From Amoebidium appalachense (lineage: Eukaryota > Protista > Ichthyosporea): a DNA stretch of 64,000 nucleotides. The notes under the pieces are model-generated. The model was not told where the DNA came from and searched no databases. It worked only from the letters and a program-made list of their open reading frames with translations. The position numbers and the translations under genes were made by a program. The stretch is from positions 3,967,716-4,031,715 of the forward strand of contig CAVNZM010000005.1 of NCBI GenBank assembly GCA_963693365.1, read 5' to 3'. Below, piece after piece: positions 42,701-64,000 of the stretch (positions are counted from its first letter, which is position 1; the number at the start of each line of letters is the position of its first letter).

Positions 42701-42877
42701 GGTAAAACCCAAACCCGATCATCGCTAACACTTGCATATGAGCATGGGGGGGATGTGCATGTTGGGCCGGTGGGGTTTGATGCATATGAAAATCAGGCGA
42801 TTCCGATTGTGGTTCATGGGGAGTTGGAGTTCCATCTGGATGAGGTGGTGAGTAGCACGGATGAAATGCCCCACTGA
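31717..42877 (+). CDS. Type-I membrane protein with two tandem GH18 (chitinase-like) domains lacking the catalytic motif, an 11-aa Thr/Pro repeat stalk, TM helix and acidic tail; 13 exons
   Basis: Exons 31717-32190 (or -32214), 32540-32737, 33562-33663, 34275-34477, 34928-35102, 36011-36160, 37269-37619, 38597-38785, 39581-39685, 40077-40300, 41129-41541, 41907-42006 and 42438-42877. Signal peptide present. GH18-like strands: GATHIVLGY/GATHVVIG, GFDGVVFHMD/SYDGAMVHYE, IDFVIARHY/VDIIDLQFW, GIPPNKVVVG/GVGVEKIAVG. TM helix LFIASAAGVIITGAVGGAVLWL. One extra G in the run at 41153-41159 must be removed to keep the frame. Confidence 0.8.
36733..37150. repeat. Intronic tandem duplication (two copies, ~250-bp spacing) with unequal poly-C tracts
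   Basis: CACATAATCTCCCAT..GCCATAAATCACAGACATTTGATCTCCCTCAGCCACACACTACTGTTCTT(C)n GGGCCTTCCTCTGTCACAGAGATGAATGACT occurs twice. Confidence 0.9.
41278..41465 (+). repeat. Coding tandem repeat, 33-nt unit (about 6 copies, DDWxTAPTTxx)
   Basis: DDWSIVPTTTP DNWPTAPTTKP DGWSTAPTTMP DDWPTAPTTKA DDWSTAPTTTA DDWSTIIP in ORF 41236..41553. Confidence 0.9.
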
Positions 42878-43660
42878 TATGTGGTAATGGATACAGATGT
42901 ATGGATTGCATAAGTGTATTCCGTATCATATTTGTGTAAAGTATGGTAATAAACATTTGTTGTTGTCATGTTAATCAAGTCTGGAATTACGTTAACTCAA
43001 CGCGCAAGCATACGAACCATTATGACTAATTGCAAGTGAACGTGCCTAGTTGGGCTTGAGTTGTAACGGCGCGTGCAATTATGTATCACCCTATAAGATG
43101 GCCGAATGCCATGGATTTGATATTACCGAAGGGTATATATATGTAGTTTTATATAAACTAGACATTCCCCCCTTCAAATGTGACTGAAGACAGTGTATAT
43201 GTCTGGTAACGAATTGGTGATTGCACATGTAGGCTAGGTGAGAAATTTAATCAAAAAAATCAACCATTATCTGTGACACTACCTTCCAATAACTGTACTT
43301 GTTTGTCTGTTGGGCGGGGATGCAACTCACACAGAGCCGTGGTCGCAAGGAAAACAGACCCTCGCACTTGCTTCCACATGTTGTTGCTAACTTGAAAACC
43401 GCACACTGCACACACATTTCCAAGTGATAACATGCCACACCAGTTCGAATTCGACTGTTGTATTATTATAGAAAATCAGTTCTTTTTTATTTTTAGTACT
43501 GTTTGAAGGGGAACCAGGCAGGGGAGGGGAGAGGTGGGGATGGTGGCGATGGATAGCAGCTGGCAGGCCTGGAGTCCTTGCGGTAGTTGTGACTCCATGA
43601 GAGCGAGGGGGGGGGGGGGTATATTCCAAGGTTCCCTCCTCGCCTGTACTGTGATTCAAC

Positions 43661-43819
43661 AGCGACTTAAGGTTTGTGCATTTGGATCCTCAAAAATCTT
43701 TATTTTATAATAACCATATGTGATGCCTCCTGCCCACTATAGCGACTTAAGGTTTGTGCATTTGGATCCTCAAAAATCTTTATTTTATAATAACCATATG
43801 TGATGCCTCCTGCCCACTA
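43661..43819. repeat. Perfect 80-bp tandem duplication
   Basis: AGCGACTTAAGGTTTGTGC...CTGCCCACTA starts at 43661 and again at 43741. Confidence 0.95.
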
Positions 43820-44036
43820 GAGTCAGACATCATTCATACCCTTTCATCTGATTGAGAACGTATTAATAGGCAAGTGTTTGAAAATCAGTCTAGCCCCGAG
43901 CAGAGCAGTAAACGGCAGAAAATATGTGATGAAAAGGGGGAGGACAGAAAAAAAAGGGAAAAGGGAGAGAGAAGGAAAAAAAGAAGAACAAAAACCTAAA
44001 AAGAAAAACCGACATGGAAAGCAAGAGTAAAGGCAG

Positions 44037-44077
<41 letters not shown>

Positions 44078-44495
44078 ACCTTCTGAAGGAAAGGTAACCT
44101 GTGAAAACCCTTAACATATGCAGAAAGCAGCTTTAGAATATGGTTACATAAATCATACAGAGAAGATAAAAACAGCAAATTGCACTAGAACATCATGACA
44201 GCTAGAAGTATTATATAAGCCAATTACGGATTATAAAGACATACACTTCCTTACAGCCCGTCATTCAAAACACTATCTCTCCCTCATTATTTATTTTTCA
44301 GGAAAAGAAACGAGAAAAACCAGTCATGTATATCGGAAACCCATCCAGACTACTTGCATTGCCGCACCCAATCAAAAGCACCACTCCATTCACCTTCCCC
44401 ATTCCACAAGTTCAAGCATGTGTCCTCTCCACAAATACACAACCCTCCTCCCCCCCCCCCCCCCCCCCCCACAAACACACCCACACACCCACACA

Positions 44496-48176
<3,681 letters not shown>

Positions 48177-49781
48177 TTTTGGGTCAGGGTGACAGTGCCT
48201 GTGTCCCAAGAAAGGTCAAATTTGGCGTGGATTAGTCACGATAAAAAGTTACGGTTGGATTGACAAAGGAAATCGGTGAGTTGTTTGGTTGGCTGGGTAG
48301 GTGGGTGGTTGGGGGGGGGGGGGGGGGTAGGTAGATGTGGACAGAGCAAGAGTGTATTGCCGGGGGGGGAGGGGAGGAGGAGAAAGGGGCGGAAGTGGGG
48401 AAAGATGAGTAGGCGAGAGACCAAAAATGCCGTAGGGCTGGGTTTGTGTTGGGCCTTTCTAGTTCTTAAACCTTAGGATACTGCATTCTGATGTTTCCAA
48501 CATCACTACTCAAAAACACAGCATGAGAAAAACACTTCAAGATCCGGATAGATCTCGTATCTGGGCAAATATCCTCGGTAAAGGCTTCATCTCTCGTTAC
48601 AATCGGTAGAGCACCTCACAAATGTCGTCTGTAGATGACGGTGCTGGGCTCTGTCGAAGTATCATGATGCCATTTTTTCTCTCTCTCCAAAGGAGGTTGA
48701 GGCTGCACTTTATGGAATGTGCTGTAACACTATTAACGTTAGAAAATAAATGTTAGAGAAAATGCAGCTATATTTCTACTCTACTATAAGTCACGTGAAT
48801 CATTCTTCTAACCTCGAGCACGCGGCGGCGTATCCATTTTCAGAGCGGAGGCCATGGCCATGGTCCCATATTGTCCCATGGTCATTGTACAGTCATAAAT
48901 TCGCAAACGCAGATTCTAGAAATGTACACATGTGTCGAATGATTAAATGTTTCACCATTTCATTGTAGACTGACGCCACAAACCACTAGAAAATATTGCC
49001 TATGAAAGTACAAGGTGGCTATTATTTGGACAGTAATCAATTTATCTTTTCCCAAGTCATTTTGCTTCCACACTGATAGGGACAGAATGTTACTCAAAGG
49101 TTTGCTATGCATAGCTCTATTTGTGGATAGATTGTGGATAACAGGATGTGTTTTCCAATATTTCACTATTAAAGTAACATCGACATTACGTCGTAAATGT
49201 GAAAGCTTTACACTGTATTAGGAGACAACAATATTTCTGATAAGCACACAATCATTAAATATATATGTATAAACAATAAACATCTAACAGATATACATCG
49301 CCGTCTTTATTCGTCAATAATCGAGACAGATGCTAATATTTAACAGCGGAGCAAATAATACACATTATAAAGTCTAGCGTGACAGGGCAAAAGAGTGCCG
49401 AGCGGCGCCGGCGTCTTATGCCTCGCAGCAGTGAGCTCAAGTTGACTCACTTTGTCAGCAGGCGCTAAGTCTATAATGTCTGACTCTTTGTATCGGTTTT
49501 TTGATAATGCTGCACACATAAAAAGAAAACACTTAACCAGTGAAAAAAAATACAAAATTTCTTTATTAGCTGGCGAAACCACTTTCTAAAACTTTTTGAC
49601 TCAAAGCCGTTTTATTGGCTCAGGTTTTACCGAATCAGAATGTACTGTGGCATGCATTGCCATTGACTCATCGGTATATGCTATTTTTAGATCAGTAGCC
49701 GGACGGGCCCGGAACCGCCGCCGTGACTAGTACTACATGATGATCAGAGTCCACCACTGTACCTCCTGCATTCGTCGTTGA

Positions 49782-49966
<185 letters not shown>

Positions 49967-50015
49967 TTTACATAACCGTCTTATTGCGTATATATATATA
50001 TAGGTATATGTATAC

Positions 50016-50213
50016 GGGGGTTTACGCTGTTTACTCGAGGCAAAGAGAACCAGTCTCAGGTATGGGGGGGGGTTTTGCTCGGAATATCCCCTCAGCGGTA
50101 TATCATGATCACGTACATAGATGTCGGGTGGTGACTATATATCAGGGTTTACTTTCTCTACGAGACACCATAAAGACTATAAGGAGAAATCAATTAGTTG
50201 GGGTTCCCCGTTT
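50016..50213 (+). mobile_element. ~195-bp SINE-like repeat, copy 2, with 11-bp target site duplication
   Basis: Homologous to 29646-29845 and flanked by TATATGTATAC at 50005-50015 and 50214-50224. Confidence 0.82.
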
Positions 50214-50401
50214 TATATGTATACTATGCCAGAGTATATGTATGTATATACAGTATACGCATATTTGTGTGCGCGCGTGTGTATGCGTGACTGTGCACAT
50301 ACGTACAGTGTATATGTGTGCATCCGTGATGCTGTTCAATGATAGACAGTCATATTGTACGTGTGCCAGACCCTGTACATTAGAAGTAATTGAGTAATCC
50401 G

Positions 50402-50432
<31 letters not shown>

Positions 50433-50539
50433 TTCCCCACCCCTTTCTCGGGACCACCTTCAAGGTTCCGGCAACCCGCCCTCCGTGTGGCACTCGGGAT
50501 CCACCCCCCTCCCCCCGGGCCCCTAGCTCACCTCTCGGC

Positions 50540-50577
<38 letters not shown>

Positions 50578-50729
50578 CCCCCCCCCCCCCCCCCCCCCCC
50601 CCGGGCCCCCGGGCCCCCTCCCCTCATTGCCTCCCCCCACCTTCCCCTCCCCCCCCCCGTCCCACCTCCGCCGCAGCTGCCCAAAACCTCATCACCGTGC
50701 GGCTCCATATTCAGAAGTGTGTACGTGTA

Positions 50730-52390
<1,661 letters not shown>

Positions 52391-52785
52391 ACGCATGCAC
52401 GACAAACGCCATCATGGTGGCCCAAGGCTTGGCACAACAGTTGTTGGATAGGTGTAGGGCCTCCGGCCGCCCGGTGCTTTATTATAATATTATTTGGCCG
52501 GTTACCGTAGGACTCTATAGCTACGTGTGGTCCCTTGCGAGTGCAAACATTATTGGCGGCCCAGCGCGGCATTTTCTGCAGAGGCCTTTATAGTTTGCAA
52601 ATGTGGTACCTGGAGTGCGGTATTGTTTTATGAGGTCTTTATAGTATTAGTTATTAGTTACAACATATGTATGATATGTAGTACTACATACACAGTGTGC
52701 CGCGCCGGCTGCCAATCCGGCATTAGCCGGAATCGAATCCAAAATGCCGCCCAGGCTGAGTGTACCCTCAAGTTGAAGTCGGACC

Positions 52786-53021
52786 CAGGGTGTGAAATTT
52801 GTTTTTGGTTAGTGCCATTTTGGCAACTTTCCACCAGCCTGGATGGCCCTAACAGAGCCAACAACCGTTTTTTTTTTTTTTTAGATGAGTTTTCTTATTT
52901 ATTTGGCACTGTAAGGGCCAGTTTTGGAAAAAATTGACGGACCTAACCTCAAAAAGTTAGGGACAATTTTCGTGCTTTCAGGGACAATTTTCTGGCCCCA
53001 AACTTGTAATTTCACAGCCTG
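52786..53021. mobile_element. MITE with 14-bp terminal inverted repeats (hAT-like CAGG ends)
   Basis: The left end CAGGGTGTGAAATT matches the reverse complement of the right end (CAGGCTGTGAAATT) at 13 of 14 positions. Non-coding, 236 bp. No clean 8-bp TSD. Confidence 0.6.
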
Positions 53022-53914
53022 AGTTACCTGGTTGACTCAACTGAGAACTCAGAAAGGTGCGTTTGCTCCGAAGTTGGATTCAAATTATCTATCAGTTCCA
53101 AGATGCATTTTAGAACAAAATCATTTAACTCGCATTTGTTTTTTCTAGGAAAAAAGAAAGGCCGGGACACGTGAATTGTAGGAGCTGCGACGAAAAGTGG
53201 CTACAATTGCCGTAGCCAATAGAAAATCCTTGTTTGACCGGGGTCTGGGGAGATCAAATAATTGATTATTCATAACAATGCTGCGTGCCAATAAAATGCT
53301 ATGTTATCATGCTGTTTACATGAACAACAACACCGGAATATAATAATTTAGTACGATAAAACAGTAAATAACGGCCAGACGTATACCATTTCCAATAAGA
53401 AAACTTAGCCGCCAAAGTTGCCAACTTTCTGTCAGCATACTCACTGACTCAGTTCTATGCTGGAGCCTGCATACTTGCCGACTCACGATATTCTGCGCTG
53501 ATTGGTTTATACCATACAAATGGTATGCAGTAGTATTCAACAATGATCCCCTTTTTTGGTATAGATGATTAAAAAAAACATATTGATGTTTCTACAATAT
53601 GGGTAAAATTTTCGGATACCGTTCTGATGTTTTAAAAGCTATTTTAAATTGCTCGTTTATTAAACTTCTACATTTTGTTTTTATTTTTTGGGTACATTCA
53701 TGGTTGGCAGTGCAAAATATTTGCTTCGCTCTAAGTCCCTCGATATATAAACACCGACCACAGCCAGTCACAAGTTCCACCAAAGTCATTCGTTATTCAG
53801 GTGTTGTGTGCAGATATACACAAATATACAGTACCTGTCACATACTCGCGTTCACATCGAGAGAAAATTATATACACAACACTTAGTTATTTTTGAGTTC
53901 TGAAAGGTCTAAAC

Positions 53915-55015
53915 ATGGCCTCCTCTAGAACCCCCCACGGTCACAACACCCAGCACGCAGAACTTAACGTAGATGACCCTACTATAGTACGCGAAAAAGC
54001 TCTCGAAGACATGGGGGCCTCTGTAGCCTCAGTCAACCAGCCCGGCATCCCACACACGCACGCACACGCCCACATCCCCACATCTACCACCACAACAACA
54101 ATTCCTACGTCCCCCCGTATGAAACCACTTACGACAACCACATCATCTCTCACTCTTCCACCCACTGCTACGAAATCTACGCGGCACAGAAGGTACATCT
54201 TCGTTACTGTTCGCTCGCCGCTTGGTGCGGAGTACGAATTACGCATGCGAGAAACAGACACCCTCGACCGCATAAAGGCGCGAATTTTTGCGCGCTGTGA
54301 CATTCCAGTGACCCACCAGCAGCTAATCTTCAACGGCGCTGAGCTAAAGGACCCTTTCACCACAGCCAAGAATTTCGGCATTCGCATGGGGTCGGTAATC
54401 ACTCTGATGACGCGACTACAATCTGGGCCTCTTAGAATGCAGGCTGATGGCCTTCAGGAAAATGAAGATGTGCTTCTTGACACGGTAACATCTCAGCTAA
54501 CAGAAGCGCAAATGACGGAGCTGTTCAATAAGGGCCAGCCTGTGTCTTTGGTTGCAAAAGTCGGGGGAAAGTACGTTTTGGTAAAGCTTCGGCCTCAGGG
54601 GGACGCAACGCGTGACAGTTTGGAGTCGCCTCACAGTCAGAATAGAACCCTCGGGGCACCCGTGCAAGAAACAGAGGATGATTGGGAGCTGAAGGAACAG
54701 CGTGCAAAGGAAAACGACAGAACAAAGTCGAAATTGGATGAGATTAGGGCAAGAATGGCAGCAAAGAAGTCGAAAATAACAGGGCCGAGAGCGGTAAAAG
54801 GTCCCAGTGTGCTCGATGTTTTGAGCAATGACTTCACGGCACATAGAGTGAGAAGGAGAACGTCTGTGGATGTGTTGAGCGAGCATAGGGGTAGCTGTGG
54901 TGTGTGTAGTGCTTCTTTGGGGCTGGTGTGCAGGCCCTGTGGGTGTGGAAAGGTATTGTGCCCGGAGCACGTAGAGGGACAAGCTCACCAGTGCCCGTTT
55001 TCGAATGGCGTATAA
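53915..55015 (+). CDS. ZFAND4: AN1-type zinc finger and ubiquitin-like domain protein (ZFAND4/ANUBL1-like); intronless
   Basis: Ubl domain IFVTVRSPLG..DTLDRIKARI..DIPVTHQQLIFNGAELKD..LMTRLQSGP, a central helix ENDRTKSKLDEIRARM, and a C-terminal AN1 finger CGVC..CGCGKVLCPEH..AHQC. Confidence 0.88.
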   Translation: MASSRTPHGHNTQHAELNVDDPTIVREKALEDMGASVASVNQPGIPHTHAHAHIPTSTTTTTIPTSPRMKPLTTTTSSLTLPPTATKSTRHRRYIFVTVRSPLGAEYELRMRETDTLDRIKARIFARCDIPVTHQQLIFNGAELKDPFTTAKNFGIRMGSVITLMTRLQSGPLRMQADGLQENEDVLLDTVTSQLTEAQMTELFNKGQPVSLVAKVGGKYVLVKLRPQGDATRDSLESPHSQNRTLGAPVQETEDDWELKEQRAKENDRTKSKLDEIRARMAAKKSKITGPRAVKGPSVLDVLSNDFTAHRVRRRTSVDVLSEHRGSCGVCSASLGLVCRPCGCGKVLCPEHVEGQAHQCPFSNGV

Positions 55016-55629
55016 GCGTGTAAGATATATACAAATGGTGACTAACTACTTCGTATGTATACCACTAGCTTACCTGTAGCTTCATAGATCTTGCTGTGAG
55101 TCCTGTGACGTTTTTGATCTGTGAATACGAATGTGTGGGTCCTGGTGGCCTGACTAATATAGCTTTCGGGTCTTGTGATCTCACTTAGTTTAGCGGTGTG
55201 CTGGAAGATGTTCCGAAAATCGTACCCATAGTATATGCTGTACTTCACTCCTTTTTTCACCACCGGTAGCAATGTTACTAAAAATCAAATACATGAGCAG
55301 GTTCCATAATACCTCTAGCCGGCTCAACACGTCCCGGGGAGTCTTGCCGCTTCCCAGGCCCCTCGAGCTCAGGTGTCAAATGCATGACCCAAAGATTGAA
55401 TGCTTGTTGAATGGATCCAAAGACTGATAGCTTGTTGAATGATTTTCTGTGTGTAGTGTCCGGATCCATGTCAACATAAGTGAACACACTGACTAACACC
55501 CACTGGCAGTGATGTTCACAGCTTCCCGCCTTCCCCCCCCCCCTCCCCCCCCCCCCCCCCACCCCCCTCCCTCCCCCCGGGTGACAAGCTTGCTCCTGTC
55601 TGATCAAAGCTTCCCCTTCCGAGTCCCCC

Positions 55630-55668
<39 letters not shown>

Positions 55669-57233
55669 CCCTCCCCCCGAGATGACAAGGTTGCTCCCGG
55701 CCCTCTTTGTGGTAGGATTCTGCTTATGCATGTTTCATACCCTTTGTATGTGCTCTGCAACTTCTATTGCATCGTCCTCTTGGACAACCGGTGTCGATGT
55801 AAATGACCCGGGAATCCTAATCGTTATGATTATCATCATTACAAAACTGATACCCAGATCTAATGAACTGGTATGTATATTAGCACCCAAAAAAAACAAA
55901 TACACACAGATATATGCACTCATACTGGAGACTAAGCCTCGAACGCGCTGATCATAAAACGCTAACTCCGTGACATGTGCACACAGTGACCAACACCGTG
56001 CCCACACGTGCACACATGCACACGTGCATATCCGAACGCGGAATATTAATAAGCTCGTCCATACCGAAGATACCCAAAAATCATGATGCGAGCAGTGTCA
56101 ATGCATAAAGGTTGCCGCTCCACGATGCAATGCAGTGTTATACTGGACGTGCACCATGACACTAGAGCAGGTGTGCATTTCGATAGTTTCTGGGCCAGCT
56201 GGCCAGCATTGTCAAAGTGAAGGTGGCGTGTGTGTGCATGCACGTGGTCTGTTCGCCCATAGACCAATTTAGATTTACTGATTGAGAATCTCAATGTGTT
56301 TGCTTCGCTCTGGGGAGATCCAGCCAGCCGAACTGGCGAAATGAAGGGTTGAGTGATCGATTGGCGGTCATATACCAAATCCTGCTTGTAATGCTTAAAA
56401 TCAATAATTTGAATAGAAAAGGGGGTTGCTCCATTAATAACCAATTTGATAAACAAAGCGACACCTATTTTGTAGCGAAAACAGGCAAAAAGCATAATTT
56501 CATCATAGACGATCGACCTCGAGTCAAGGTGGTAAGAGGCTGTGCAAGACGGGTTTTTAATGATTTTAGCGATGTAGGCGTTGTCGGAGCACCCCGACTG
56601 CTTATATCATTTTTGCGCGTCTTTTTATTTCCTAAAACCTTTTTTTATGGACGAAAACCAGCTTTCTAAATAAAATCGGGGCCTAACTGCTTTTGAGAGG
56701 CTGTCGGTCTGAGATTTTAGCCTGTCACCGCCTGAGCGGCCCTTACCTTGGCCCTTACTTTTGGCGCAACCAATCACAAGATTCGAACTGTTCCGGTGAG
56801 CCATATAAGGTTAGGCAGAATGTGAAAAAAATCATTTCTAAACCGGTCTATAGCTACCCGTGCCAGCGGAGACAGGCGAATGGAACCTGGCAATCCCAGT
56901 TAGCCCTTTTACGCGATATTTACACTCTTTAGCGAATAAAAAGATCTAAGTACATTGCGTAAAACCTAGTCATGTGTGTAAAATGTTAGTAAAAGGTAAA
57001 ATCATGCTGGCTCATGGCTAGGCGCCAAATCCCCCCCAACCCCGGCGCGGTGCGGTGCGGTGCACGCTTGCTTTTGTTGTGTGCCAGGCCTGAAAGCTGT
57101 GAAATACATATTGCATGCACACGCTTTGTCTTGTCTGCCAATCACCTTAAGAGAATTCGGTTACAGAAGTGACTGTTCAACACAATCCGAGAACAACAAT
57201 TCTTCTACACGTCTTCTTTTTTTATTCGTCAAG

Positions 57234-63200
<5,967 letters not shown>

Positions 63201-63239
63201 GTACAGCTTCCTCCCTGTGCCCCCCTCCCCCCTCCCCCC

Positions 63240-63271
<32 letters not shown>

Positions 63272-63517
63272 AAAAAAAAAAAATCAACACCAACACCCCA
63301 CCCAGACATACCTACACAAGCGCACAGGCTCAGGCACACATGCACACATACCCGCGCCCGCCCGCCCATAGACACACACGTCCATACACACACATACACA
63401 CACATACACACGCAAACATACACACACACACACAAACGCACACACACACACACACACAGGGTAATTCATCCGCTTGGACATGTGCCCTTTTTTCATGCGT
63501 CCACACACACACACACA

Positions 63518-63548
<31 letters not shown>

Positions 63549-64000
63549 CAGGGTAATTTATCTGCTTGGACATGTGCTCCTTTTTTCCTTTTTCTTTTTT
63601 TTTTTTTCTTCTTTTTTTGGTTGCAGGCACCCACGTGTTTGGTGTCATTTCTTGTACACCTCGAGCACACTACTATCCACCAAACCAGCCGAGCACATAT
63701 GCAGTGTTCGATAACGAAAGAAATGGATCGTAACGGAGGGTAGGAAGAAGGAAGAGGCCAAGAGAAAAGGGAGGCGGAGAGGAATGGGGCTGTCTGTGTG
63801 CTCTGTGAGTGTGTGTGTGTGTGTATATGTCTAAACCTGAATGTGTGCATGGGGAGGGGGGGGGGGGGGGGGGGGGGGCTGTTAGGGTAATGGGGGGAAA
63901 ACCCATCTGTTTGCATAGATTCCGTGAGGCATTTTGCATCTCTTGATATCTTATCAGAATTAAACATGCACACACACAACACGTCCATGCACTGCCGCTT

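Noticed and set aside
49695-49732. Helitron-like 3' end (GC-rich stretch then CTAGT)
   Set aside because: The hairpin is weak, I found no 5' TC end, and there is no second copy in the window.
55278-56495. Minus-strand ORFs of 160 and 149 aa between ZFAND4-like and PRPS
   Set aside because: No recognisable motifs; one crosses poly-G tracts; no splice chain found.

Overview
This is eukaryotic genomic DNA with long introns saturated by (CA)n, (GA)n and poly-C/G tracts. It is probably from a unicellular holozoan such as an ichthyosporean; that is an inference from an animal-like PRPS, a ZFAND4-type gene and a talin-F0-like RhoGAP. Most ORFs in the supplied track are microsatellite read-through. 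By hand-splicing I support seven genes: (1) a secreted subtilisin/proteinase-K-like protease with a Thr/Pro stalk and a C-terminal beta module (-, 47-5995); (2) an orphan single-exon gene (-, 15096-15869); (3) a ubiquitin-like/FERM-F0 + RhoGAP + SH3 + coiled-coil gene (+, 17713-28201); (4) a type-I membrane protein with two catalytically degenerate GH18-like domains (+, 31717-42877); (5) a TGN38-like mucin membrane protein (-, 44496-48176); (6) ZFAND4-like (+, 53915-55015); (7) PRPS (+, from 57234, running off the window). Mobile DNA includes a tRNA-headed SINE with a 15-bp TSD, a second ~195-bp retroposon family in two copies, a decayed LINE and a hAT-like MITE. The most unusual signal is a dispersed intronic element: all six intronic copies lie sense to their host genes, and the two full copies keep the same long RNA hairpin through G-U and compensatory pairs. 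All exon coordinates are manual and lack transcript evidence.
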